NCBI GenBank assembly: GCA_963801355.1
Contig: CAWDEM010000004.1
Coordinates: 1,248,001 to 1,312,000, forward strand
Direction: 5' to 3'
DNA length: 64,000 bases
Source: Ignavibacteriota bacterium
GTDB lineage: Bacteria; Bacteroidota; Ignavibacteria; UBA10030; UBA6906
Part shown: piece after piece, positions 18,280-28,100 of the stretch
Position numbering within the stretch: position 1 is the first letter of the stretch
Layout of the letters: every line of letters starts with the position of its first letter
Notes under the pieces: generated by a model
Told to the model about the DNA's origin: nothing
Database searches by the model: none
Seen by the model: only the letters and a program-made list of their open reading frames with translations
Program-made: the position numbers and the translations under genes

Positions 18280-19806
18280 TCACGCTGATGTGCTCTCAAT
18301 GTTCGCGGGGAACAGCATCTCTTCGACATACGCATCCTGAAATCCCTGCAGTCCGCTCAACGAGACGTGAGCGATGCGGTGGGCGAGGGCGTCAAATACG
18401 GCCGGATCGACAAACAGGGCCATCTTGGCGCCAAGGAGTGCGGTGTTGCCCGCCGGATGAATCTGGTCCAGAGCAAATGGCAGCAACCCGATGCGCCGGG
18501 CACTCGCGGTGTCGACATAGTTGCCGAAAGCGCCTGCAAGATCCACCCTCTCGATTTCCGGGCCCCGGAGTGTGAGCTCGTGCAGTAACAGCCGGATCCC
18601 TGCCGCAATGGCACCCTTAGCCAGCTGAAGTTCGCGGATGTCCGTCTGGGAAATTTTGACCGGGTCACACAGCATGAGTGATGGTTCTCCGCCCGCCAGA
18701 CGGCCACCTGGCAGGACCCGCTGCAGATCAAGTGCGCAGGCGACCGCATCCACCAATCCACTCCCGCATATCCCGCGGGGGGCGACGTTCCCGAGCACGT
18801 GACAGAGGAGCTGTCCGTTGTTCGTCCGCACGGCCGACACAGCGCCTGTCGATGCACGCATACCCATGTAAATGCGGGCACCTTCGAATGCCGGACCAGC
18901 GGCAGTCGAGGCACAGAGCATCTGCCTGCCGTTGCCGATCACTATTTCGCCGTTGGTGCCGAGATCAATCAGCACATGCGGCCGATCGGCGTTCTGCAGC
19001 CCTGTGGCAAAAACTCCCGCCAGAATATCGCTGCCGACGAATCCCCCGATGTCCGGAAGAAACCGGATCTGAGGTGTTCCCTGCAAAGCCCACCCGAGCT
19101 GCGGGGCATCACATATCGTCCCTCCGAGGTGCTCCGGTTCAAACGGATAGTGCGAGAGGGGTTCTACGGAACGATCGGAAAACAGATGATGCATTACGGT
19201 GTTGCCGACAAGGACGATATCCCGGACAGGATCGGCCGCCCGCCCGGCCCCCTGAAGCAACTCCACGATCATCTTCCCGATCTGCCGGCGCACGGCCTCC
19301 ACGAGTCTGGCCTGCCCGCCCTCATGGACGGCGTATCCCACGCGGGACATGATGTCAGCACCGAATCGGGCCTGAGGGTTGAGGGCTGTCCTGACGGCCA
19401 GGACCTCAGCGCGTTCCAGATCCAGGAGTTGAGCGACGAGAGTGGTCGTCCCCACGTCAATTGCGATGCCCAGACCGGATTTCGGGACGAAGGAGAAGCT
19501 GGTCGTATCGGCGAGGATCTGGGCTTCCCATTGCGCCAGTTCCAGGACCAGGTCACTGTCAGCGTTGCACTGGCAGGAGAGACGCCAGCCGGCCGCGAGT
19601 TCCTCCGGTGTGAGCATCCGCTCCTGCTCGTCATTGACCGGGAGATCTCCTTCGATAACACGAACACGGCATCCTTTACATTTTCCCTTCCCTCCGCAGG
19701 GAAATTCCACGCCGAAGGGAAATAGCACGTCTTGAAGGGGCGTGCCGCGAGGGGCGTCGAAAGCCGCGCCCATCGGGCGGAGACGAATGTGGACCGTTTC
19801 GTTCAT
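18280..19806 (-). CDS. ATP-dependent corrinoid reductive activator (RamA/RACE, 2Fe-2S + ASKHA/DUF4445)
   Basis: CGGKGKCKGC..RLSC, DVGTTT, DLGTNGE, AAGPAFEG, GICGSG, AGAFG motifs. Confidence 0.9.
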   Translation of the reverse strand: MNETVHIRLRPMGAAFDAPRGTPLQDVLFPFGVEFPCGGKGKCKGCRVRVIEGDLPVNDEQERMLTPEELAAGWRLSCQCNADSDLVLELAQWEAQILADTTSFSFVPKSGLGIAIDVGTTTLVAQLLDLERAEVLAVRTALNPQARFGADIMSRVGYAVHEGGQARLVEAVRRQIGKMIVELLQGAGRAADPVRDIVLVGNTVMHHLFSDRSVEPLSHYPFEPEHLGGTICDAPQLGWALQGTPQIRFLPDIGGFVGSDILAGVFATGLQNADRPHVLIDLGTNGEIVIGNGRQMLCASTAAGPAFEGARIYMGMRASTGAVSAVRTNNGQLLCHVLGNVAPRGICGSGLVDAVACALDLQRVLPGGRLAGGEPSLMLCDPVKISQTDIRELQLAKGAIAAGIRLLLHELTLRGPEIERVDLAGAFGNYVDTASARRIGLLPFALDQIHPAGNTALLGAKMALFVDPAVFDALAHRIAHVSLSGLQGFQDAYVEEMLFPANIESTSA

Positions 19807-20552
19807 TCCGAGGCGGGTTGGGCGTCGATGATGCGTTCGTCGTATGTGGCGACGACGCGATGTCCGGGCGGCACGACGAGAAACTCCTCAGTATTCCATA
19901 CGGCATGCACAAGGTGCTCGAGGAGTGCGAGGTCGCCCTTCACGGCGTCGAACTTCCATCCATGTTCGCGAGCGCGGGCTTCCGCTTCTTTGTGAAAGCG
20001 GTCATCGGGTTCGACGCCCATGGCAATGTAGGAGATCTGCCGGTAGTTCCTCGTCGTGTCGCACAGCTGTTCGAAAAGGTACTGTGCGTTTTCTGCACCG
20101 TACTTCTCCGTGAGCTGTGCGAGCGTCATGTCCATTCCGTTCTTGGCTGCAATGGAGAGTTGTCTGAGTTCGCCGGAGGCTTCGCCGCGTTCAATCCATC
20201 CCGACGTGAGGAAGTAGGTGCCGGGGTTGTCGGTGAAGTACTGCTGGTAGCGGGCGCGGCTGCCCAGGAAGAGGGTCATGCAATCATGACCGCGGGGAAT
20301 AACCAGAGGGAGTGTCCGTGCGCGGAGTCCGCTGACACCGTTGTTGCAGAGGGCGTAGCCCATGAGCACGGCATCATACCCGGGTGTGTCGGCGGCGTCC
20401 ACTGCGGCTTGCAGACGGGCGAGCATCCCATCGGCGCCGATATCGTGGAGTCCTTTTGGCAGGACAGCCAGATCCACCTGATGCGGTGAGCGGGCAATCA
20501 GCGCGCAGAGCTCACGATAGAGAACCTCGCACGCAACAAGTTTCAGTTTCAC
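19803..20552 (-). CDS. DUF1638 family protein
   Basis: ACEV, GLH, GYALC, HDCMTLFLG, YFLTSGW motifs. Confidence 0.85.
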   Translation of the reverse strand: MKLKLVACEVLYRELCALIARSPHQVDLAVLPKGLHDIGADGMLARLQAAVDAADTPGYDAVLMGYALCNNGVSGLRARTLPLVIPRGHDCMTLFLGSRARYQQYFTDNPGTYFLTSGWIERGEASGELRQLSIAAKNGMDMTLAQLTEKYGAENAQYLFEQLCDTTRNYRQISYIAMGVEPDDRFHKEAEARAREHGWKFDAVKGDLALLEHLVHAVWNTEEFLVVPPGHRVVATYDERIIDAQPASE

Positions 20553-20579
20553 GGGATTCGGGCTACGGGCGCCGGGGGA

Positions 20580-21446
20580 TCAGGGCCGCAGCGCTTTCTG
20601 CAGTGCATGAATGAATTCGGGGGAGGTCCCGCAGCACCCGCCGACAAATGCCACGCCGGCCTTACGCAAGGATTCCGCCTGGCGCGCAAACTCGGCAGGA
20701 GTGGTACGGTACACGATGTGCCCGTCAACAAGTTCCGGGAGACCCGCGTTGGGCTTGATCCAGATAGGCAGCGGTGTCGCCATGCGGAGGCGTTGCGCAA
20801 TGGGTATGTAGCCCTCCATGCCCAGCCCGCAATTCGCACCGATCACGTCCGCTCCCGCCTCGGTAAGCGCCTCGGCCACCTCCTCCGGTGTCGATCCCAT
20901 CATCGTGCGGTCTTTCTGTTTACCCGAGTCGAAGACCATCGATGCGACGACCGGCAGACCGACGGTCTTTGCCGCGCGGACAGCAATGCATGCCTCCTCG
21001 AGGTCGGACATTGTTTCGATGACAAGGGCATCCGCCGCACCGAGTGCCGATGTCTGCTCTGCAAATGCGTTGAAGACCTCTTCCTCGCTCACCTCTCCCA
21101 TCATCAGCATCTTCCCTGTCGGCCCGATGGACGCGAACACCCTGGCGCGTGCACCTGCAGCTCCGCGCGAGATTTCCACACCCGCGCGATTGATCTCGAG
21201 AACGCGGTCCCCAAGCCCGTGAGCCGTCAGGGTAATCCTGTTGCTTCTGAAGGTATTGGTGAGGATCACCTTGCTCCCTGCATCCACGTAGCTCTGGGCC
21301 ACCCGGCGCACAAGGTCCGGGTGAGTGAGATTCCAACCATCGGGACACTCGCCGGCGGGCAGACCCAATGCCTGTAGCTGTGTACCCCATGCGCCGTCGG
21401 TAATGACCGGATCCGGTCCGAGCAGTTGTGCGAGCAGGGAGGACAT
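20580..21446 (-). CDS. Stand-alone homocysteine S-methyltransferase domain (MetH N-terminal-like)
   Basis: DGAWGT, TNTF, ETM, GANCG, KPNAGLP, GGCCGT Zn-ligand motifs. Confidence 0.9.
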   Translation of the reverse strand: MSSLLAQLLGPDPVITDGAWGTQLQALGLPAGECPDGWNLTHPDLVRRVAQSYVDAGSKVILTNTFRSNRITLTAHGLGDRVLEINRAGVEISRGAAGARARVFASIGPTGKMLMMGEVSEEEVFNAFAEQTSALGAADALVIETMSDLEEACIAVRAAKTVGLPVVASMVFDSGKQKDRTMMGSTPEEVAEALTEAGADVIGANCGLGMEGYIPIAQRLRMATPLPIWIKPNAGLPELVDGHIVYRTTPAEFARQAESLRKAGVAFVGGCCGTSPEFIHALQKALRP

Positions 21447-21456
21447 TGCGGGACTC

Positions 21457-22092
21457 CTACGCGGCGGAGAGCCTGCGCGCGAGCGCGACTGCCGCGTTGG
21501 CATTGTTGCTGTAGCCGTCTGCGCCGATTTCGTCGGCATATTTCTGCGTCACCGGTGCCCCACCGATCATGATCTTGACCTTGTTCCGCACTCCGGCGGC
21601 GTTGATGGCATCCACCGTCGTCTTCATGGAATTCATCGTGGTGGTGAGGAGGGCGGACATCGCCACGAGGCCTGCGCGTCGTTCGTTCAGCGCTGCTATG
21701 AATTTTTCCGGGGCAACGTCCACACCCAGATCAATGACTTCAAAACCCGCGCCCTCGAGCATGGCTGCCACCAGATTCTTGCCGATGTCGTGCAAATCAC
21801 CCTTGACCGTCCCGATGACCACGCGGCCCGCCGGTTCGGCGCCTCTGGCCGCCAGGAGGGGACGGATCAGCTCGAGGCAAGCCTTCATCGCCCGGGCCGA
21901 TATCAGCAATTCCGGCACGAAGTACTCATTGGCCTCATAGCGGCGTCCGACTTCGTCCATGGCAGGGATCATTTGCTCCTGCACGAGCGCCTGCGGATCG
22001 ATGCCCGCGGCCAGCGCCTGTTGTGTGATCTCACGTGCGGACTTGAAATTCCCGGTGAGAATGGCATCGTACATCTTCTTCAGATCTTCCAT
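21457..22092 (-). CDS. Corrinoid (B12-binding) protein
   Basis: GDLHDIGKNLV, SALLTTT, IGGAP motifs plus cap domain. Confidence 0.95.
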   Translation of the reverse strand: MEDLKKMYDAILTGNFKSAREITQQALAAGIDPQALVQEQMIPAMDEVGRRYEANEYFVPELLISARAMKACLELIRPLLAARGAEPAGRVVIGTVKGDLHDIGKNLVAAMLEGAGFEVIDLGVDVAPEKFIAALNERRAGLVAMSALLTTTMNSMKTTVDAINAAGVRNKVKIMIGGAPVTQKYADEIGADGYSNNANAAVALARRLSAA

Positions 22093-22132
22093 CGAAAGAG
22101 ATCTCCTTCCCGTTGAGTTTCCTCGGAGTGGA

Positions 22133-23182
22133 TCACACTCCGTGTTCGTAAATCGTTTTGTATAGTGTCGTAATATTCTCTGTCGGCGTCACCGGCTGGA
22201 TATTGTGACAGGGGGCGCAGATCCAGCGGCTGCCACTGAAGATGCGGATGTTGTCCAGGACCTCGTTGCGCACGTCCGTCACCGACCCGAACGGGAGAGT
22301 GAACTGATTGTCGACTGCGCCGTGGAAAATCACGCGTCGCCCGAAATCCCTGACCAGGCCTTCCCGTTCCATTCCCGGGCAGCGCCACTGAATGGGATTC
22401 AAAACCTCAATGCCCGTGACGTCGAGCAGATCGGGAATGATCTCACGCGCTGCCCCGTCTGTATGATAGAAGACGTGGATGCCGAAGCTGCGTGCCAGAT
22501 CCGCCATCTTCTTCTGACGCGGAAGGATGTACTTGCGGATTTCAGGTACGCCGAACAACAGAGACGTCTGTCCGCCGAGATCCTCCGCAACGTAGGTGAT
22601 ATCAATCCGGCCTTTGCCGAGTTCGAACAACCGGCTGTTCAGCTCGAGATGGTATTGAAAAATGTGTTCAAGGGCGGCATCGACGATTTCGGGTTCGACC
22701 TTAAGATCCATCATAGCCAATTCCATGCCGCGCAGTGCGCAGTAGAGCAGGAACGGCTCATAGTTGCCGGCGCAGAGTATGCGGTGAGGCGGCGACCCGG
22801 CGACCTCGCGTGCGAAGCGGTCGAAGTCAACGTCTCCGGCACACGGCCAACCATACGCGTGGATTTCCTCAACCGAGCTGACATTCTCCAGCGGATGATT
22901 GGCAAACTCGTCATAGCTCCCGGCTCCGTAGCTGACAGCCTTGCGCCGTATCCCCCAGATGTCCGCACGAGCATCTATGGGGAAGTGGTCCACGGTGTGC
23001 ACGGGTTTGAGCTCCACGACGCCGTCGATGTGCAACGTAGTGTAGAGCTCCTCCTTGTTCGCGCACCGCAACTCGCGCAGGAGTCGCTCGGTCACTTCGT
23101 CGGTCGCCCAATAATCAGTGGGAATACGATCCGGTTTCTCGCCGTTGAAAAGGGCCAACCAGCGTTCACGTGGAGTCAGCAT
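22133..23182 (-). CDS. URO-D/MtaA-fold protein
   Basis: TPRER..PDRIP, EDLG, YHTDG, LNPIQ, APCHNIQ motifs. Confidence 0.85.
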   Translation of the reverse strand: MLTPRERWLALFNGEKPDRIPTDYWATDEVTERLLRELRCANKEELYTTLHIDGVVELKPVHTVDHFPIDARADIWGIRRKAVSYGAGSYDEFANHPLENVSSVEEIHAYGWPCAGDVDFDRFAREVAGSPPHRILCAGNYEPFLLYCALRGMELAMMDLKVEPEIVDAALEHIFQYHLELNSRLFELGKGRIDITYVAEDLGGQTSLLFGVPEIRKYILPRQKKMADLARSFGIHVFYHTDGAAREIIPDLLDVTGIEVLNPIQWRCPGMEREGLVRDFGRRVIFHGAVDNQFTLPFGSVTDVRNEVLDNIRIFSGSRWICAPCHNIQPVTPTENITTLYKTIYEHGV

Positions 23183-23280
23183 TGCAAAAGATGCACGAAA
23201 ATTCCCCGAAAATCAACCCCCGGTGTCCACCGTTTTACTGGCTATCCAGTGTTTTGCGTATTGCACAACCGCAGCACTGC

Positions 23281-23309
23281 TTGACTGAAACGGGAAATAC
23301 CCCTATTCT
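23281..23309 (+). promoter_or_regulatory. Sigma70-like promoter of the deacetylase gene
   Basis: TTGACT-17 nt-TATTCT. Confidence 0.6.
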
Positions 23310-23335
23310 TGTCTGACAAACTCCGGCGCGCGCGC

Positions 23336-24226
23336 ATGAGGAATCGGTCTGTCCTGATCGCTGTATCTTTGGGTTGCGCACTGGGGTCTGACCCCTCATG
23401 CACCCCATGCGCACAGGAGTCTGACCCCAACCGATTGATGATCGTCAATAGTCTATTGACTATTGACAATTGGTTCGGGTATGACCCCTCATGCCAGCAG
23501 GGGTGCTCAACCCGGCCCGGCACAACGCGCGCCGTGTATAGTCATGGCGGGATTGTGAGGATGGATACGACCCGGCGGGCGATCTATCTGGTGTTCACGG
23601 GCCATGAGTTCGCGGACGGGGGGGAATCCATCCGGATGACGCTGAAGCGGCAGGGGATCAAGGGATCATTCTTTTTCACCGGCGATTTCTTTCGCAACCC
23701 CTCCTTCCGTCAGACTATTCTTGCTCTTCACGCAGATGGGCACTACCTCGGACCACATTCCGACAGGCACCTCCTGTATGTTCCATGGGAAAACCGTGAT
23801 TCGCTGCTGGTGAGCCATAGAGAGTTTCTTGAGGATCTTTTCGGCAACTATTCCGCCATGGAATCCCTGGGAATATCCGCGGAGGGATCGAAGTATTTCC
23901 TTCCGGCATATGAATGGTACAACGATTCTATTGCTGGGTGGTGCAATCAGAACGGCGTCACGCTTGTGAATTTCACGGCCGGCACGTCGTCAAACGCTGA
24001 TTACACCTATCCCGCTCTGGGTGAGCGCTATGTCCCGTCCGATACGATTTTCTCAAGGATTCTGAGCTTTGAACAACGATCATCCTCCGGATTGAACGGT
24101 TTCCTCCTTCTCACACACATCGGCGCTGACCCATCCCGCCCCGACAAGTTCTATGCTCGACTGGATTCGCTTGTAACCCTGCTCCGGGCAAGGGGATATT
24201 CCTTCCATCGCCTCGGCAACGAGTGA
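23336..24226 (+). CDS. Polysaccharide deacetylase (CE4/NodB-like) with a repeat-derived N-terminal segment
   Basis: IYLVFTGH, SFFFTG, GPHSDRH, FLPAYEW, LLLTH motifs. Confidence 0.75.
   Translation: MRNRSVLIAVSLGCALGSDPSCTPCAQESDPNRLMIVNSLLTIDNWFGYDPSCQQGCSTRPGTTRAVYSHGGIVRMDTTRRAIYLVFTGHEFADGGESIRMTLKRQGIKGSFFFTGDFFRNPSFRQTILALHADGHYLGPHSDRHLLYVPWENRDSLLVSHREFLEDLFGNYSAMESLGISAEGSKYFLPAYEWYNDSIAGWCNQNGVTLVNFTAGTSSNADYTYPALGERYVPSDTIFSRILSFEQRSSSGLNGFLLLTHIGADPSRPDKFYARLDSLVTLLRARGYSFHRLGNE
23383..23493. repeat. REP-like palindromic repeat cluster with internal hairpin
   Basis: GGGGTCTGACCCC 23383-95, GGAGTCTGACCCC 23416-28, CGGGTATGACCCC 23476-88; perfect 10-bp stem GTCAATAGTC/GACTATTGAC at 23444-67. 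Confidence 0.7.
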
Positions 24227-24280
24227 AACCTCCGCCCGTGCATTCCGTACCACTAGCTGGACAGGAAAAGGAGAGAAGCG

Positions 24281-25060
24281 ATGGATCCCCGCGGAGTGCT
24301 GAGCGTTGTCGTCGCCGTGACTGCTGCCGCTCCGAACGACCTGTTATTCCGGTGTCTCCAGCAGAACCGATTTGTCCGCGTCATAGGTACAACATCATCC
24401 GTCCAGGAAACCCGTGTTCTCCTGGGGAAAGTCGTTCCTGACCTGCTCATTGCCGACGTAGATCTTGCCGGAGGCGGAGCTTTTGCGCTGGTCGGTGATT
24501 TGGAGTCCGACCCGAAACCGGCCGTCATCTTCACCGCCAACGATGATTCCCAGGCCATCGAAGCCTTCCGCTATCAACCCCTGGATTTCATCCTTCACCC
24601 CGTGGTTGCCGATCGTGTCGAGAGTGCCCTGGCACGCGCATGTGACCGTGCGCTCGCCAGGAGATTGGAGCAGGGGGACCGGACCGTTCAGGAGGTGCTT
24701 CACCGTGCGAAACGGGGAATGCAATCCGTACTCCGGCTGATGGTGAAAACAGCCGGACGGATCAGCTTTGTCAAGGCTGAAGACATCGATTGGGTTGAGG
24801 CCGAGAGAGACTATGTCAGGATACACAATGCAGGGAAAAAGCATCTCCTGCGCCAGAAGATATCACGCCTTGAACAACAGCTCCCGGAGGACCATTTTCT
24901 GCGAATTCATCGTTCCACAATAGTCAATATTGACAGAATCAAGGAATTGCAGCCTCTTTCATTTGGAGAATACTCGGTGATTCTCTACGACGGCACGCGC
25001 CTCACTATGAGCAGATCTTTCCGTGAGCGTGTATTCGAGCGACTGCAATCGGCAGCTTGA
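24281..25060 (+). CDS. LytTR response regulator with degenerate receiver domain
   Basis: LytTR motifs IDWVEA, FLRIHRSTIVN, MSRSF; receiver lacks the DD pair and has HP in place of KP. Confidence 0.85.
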   Translation: MDPRGVLSVVVAVTAAAPNDLLFRCLQQNRFVRVIGTTSSVQETRVLLGKVVPDLLIADVDLAGGGAFALVGDLESDPKPAVIFTANDDSQAIEAFRYQPLDFILHPVVADRVESALARACDRALARRLEQGDRTVQEVLHRAKRGMQSVLRLMVKTAGRISFVKAEDIDWVEAERDYVRIHNAGKKHLLRQKISRLEQQLPEDHFLRIHRSTIVNIDRIKELQPLSFGEYSVILYDGTRLTMSRSFRERVFERLQSAA

Positions 25061-25075
25061 CGTGCTTTTTCCCCA

Positions 25076-25140
25076 CTTCATCGTCCATAAACGCGCTTCG
25101 TCGCTGCGGGCATTGCTCCTCAGGAAAAAAGAAGTATTAT
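25076..25140 (+). promoter_or_regulatory. Putative LytTR-activated promoter of the kinase-regulator pair
   Basis: CTTCATCG (25076), CTTCGTCG (25096), 31 nt, TATTAT (25135). Confidence 0.6.
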
Positions 25141-25186
25141 GCCCTCAGCGTGGGTAAGTCTCGCGTCATTGACCGGGGTTGTGTCT

Positions 25187-28100
25187 ATGTGGCGAAACGT
25201 CTGCCGGACCATACTGCTCTTCTCCTTCCTGCCCGTTCCGCTCAACGGGCAATCGGCAGGACTCGATCCTTCGCGTGACATTACCCAGTATGCCCATCGT
25301 TTTTGGACGAAGCGGGACGGTCTGCCTCAGAACTCCGTCACCTCCATTGCGCAGACTGATGATGGATACCTGTGGTTCGGCACAATGGAAGGTCTCGCCC
25401 GCTTCAATGGTACATCGTTTTCCACGTTCAACACGCGAAATACTCCCCAGCTTGGCACCAACTATGTCATCGCTCTCCTGACTGATCATGACGGCACTCT
25501 GTGGATTGGCACAAACGGCGGAGGGCTGTCACGCATGTGCAAAGGGGAATTCCGGCGGCTCACTCTTCCCTCTGAACCGGAACGCGTCGCAGTACGCGCT
25601 ATGAAGCAGGACCGGGAAGGCGACGTGTGGGTTTCGACCACGATCGGCCTCGCACAGTTCCACGGTGATTCCCTCAAACATCTTTATACTGTCGCGGATG
25701 GCCTCCCATCCAACACCGTGTATCGTGCAGAGGAGGACACGGAGGGGCGCATTCTTGCGCTCACGCCTCGCGGCGTCTGGATTCGAGAGCGGGATTGTTT
25801 TGAACCTTTCATAGTCTCCTCTGCATGGGGTTCCTCCGAAGGAAAAAGCAAGCCGGCACAGCAGACCGAATATTCGGGAAAACGTGCGTTGGCCGCAGTG
25901 CCGACGACTCTTCTCTGCGATCGGCATGGAGCCCTCTGGATCGGAACGGGACGGGATGGCCTGTTCATTCTGCGAGGGGATTCGCTGCACAACATCAGCA
26001 TAAAGGACGGTCTGGGCGCTGGTGAGATCTCCACTCTCGTGGAGGATCAGCGCGGGACGGTCTGGGTCGGGACAATGGCAGGGGGTCTGTCGCGGGTGGT
26101 GAATGACCGCGTCTCGCACTTCACTTCGAATGAAGGCCTCTCGGGGGATGAAGTGCATTCGATCTTTGAGGACCGCGAGGGTGTGCTCTGGGTAGGGATC
26201 TCGGCGGGCGGCGTGAACAGATTCGTCAACAGCAAGTTCACCACATATCGCACCGGCCTGAACGCGGCGGAAAATATGGTCTGGGGCGTCTTTGCCGATT
26301 CCCCCGGCCGGTTATATGCATCGACGGCTACCGGGAATCTCGTGGAATACCGCAACGGTGTCTTTGAGCCGTCGTCCTTCTCCCCCGGGAAAAAACATCA
26401 TGAGGGTCCCGTCTTTTCATTTGTGCATGACCATGCCGGCGTGCGGTGGGTAGGCGGCGCGATGGGTGTCACGCGATATGCTGCACAGAGCGTGCGGGAA
26501 TATCACGTGGGGGCAACGATGTCGCTCACAGAGGATCAGTACGGGAGAATCTGGTCGGCATCGCCGGAGGGGCTCTGGTGTTTTGTCGGCGAGAAAGCCC
26601 ACCGCGTTCTTACGTCAGAGAGCGGTCAACTCCTCAAGCTGCGTGATGTGGGCATTGACAGGACCGGCAATCTGTGGTTGTCATCCCGGTTCGAGGGGGT
26701 CATGCGGTACAGGCTTCCAGGCCGGTCGGAGACCGTGCCGGTGCTCGACGAGAAAACCTGTGTGAAATTCACCAGGCATGAAGGGCTTTCCTCCGACCTG
26801 GTGACGACGATGGTTGTTGACTCCGCGGGGACAGTCTGGGTGGCGAGCGGGGGGAGCGGATTGAGCGTTATCCGGGGAACAAGGGTTTCGGTGTTGACCC
26901 CGGCTCAAGGGCTCCCGGAAGAAGGTGTGATGGGTGTGGTGCCGGACGGACACGGATGGATCTGGTTAACCTCGAACAACGGCGTGTATCGCATCAGTGC
27001 GGCCGAATTGACCGAGTACTTCGATGGTCGCCGGACATCGATTGCCGTACAGTCGTTCGGCACAAGCGATGGCATGTACAGCGATGAATTCAACGGGGGA
27101 TTTCAAGCAAGCATTGCGCGCACCCCGGATGGCAAGCTCTGGTTTCCCTCCACGTTCGGAGTCGTCATGGTGGATCCCGCGCATCTGCCCACGAACATGG
27201 TTCCTCCCGCTCTCGTGTTGGAGCGCGTGCGGATTGACAACACAGAGGGGATGCCCACTCCGAATGGCGAGTATCCGCCGGGCAATGGAGATTTTGAATT
27301 TCATTTTGTCGGACTGAGCTCGAACGCGCCGGAGCGCATTCAATACCGTTACCTCCTCGAAGGTTTCAATAAGGAATGGATTGATGCAGGGACCCGGCAC
27401 GAAGCATTCTACACGAACATCCCTCCCGGGAAGTACCGTTTCCGGGTCATTGCGCGCAACGCCGATGGGGTCTGGAACGAGGCGGGTATTTCCTTCCCCT
27501 TTGTCCTGCGGCCACACTTTTCGCAGACCGTGTGGTTTGGAATACTGATCGGCATGGTGGTGCTCGTCCTGGTCACCGGTATATGGTATCTGTACAAGCG
27601 GGACCGGGATCGTGAGCTGCAGGCATCGCAGCTTGAATCGCAGTTGACGCAGGCGCAGCTGCAAATACTCAAAATGCAGCTGCAGCCGCATTTTCTCTTC
27701 AACACGCTCAACGGCATCATGGTCCTCATCAAGGAAGACCCCGACATGGCGAGCCGGATGATCGCCCGGCTGAGCGAATTTCTACGGCTGACGCTGGAGA
27801 GCGCGGGAGAGCAGGAAGTGACATTGCGGCGCGAGCTGGAGTATCTCAGTCGTTACATCCAGATCGAGCAATTGCGTTTCGGCGACCGCCTGACCGTTGA
27901 CCAACAGGTCGATCCTGAGGTTCTGGAGGCGCTGGTGCCGAATCTCATCCTCCAACCTCTTGTGGAGAATGCGATCAAGCATGGAGTCTCCCGGCGCCGC
28001 GGGCCTGCGCGCATTTTTGTCGAAGCCGTCCGTGAAAACGGCAGCCTCACCATCCACGTTCGTGACAACGGCGAGGGGATACAGGCTGCGGACGGCGGAC

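Noticed and set aside
17275-23182. Pyrrolysine or selenocysteine read-through in the methyltransferase operon
   Set aside because: Stops fall at expected protein ends; the early TGA at 17336 is explained by a frameshift
23183-23280. Cobalamin riboswitch upstream of the corrinoid operon
   Set aside because: Region is too short, holds divergent promoters and has no B12-box
25139-25186. ORF-track start of the kinase at 25139
   Set aside because: That ATG overlaps the predicted -10; ATG 25187 gives a normal signal peptide
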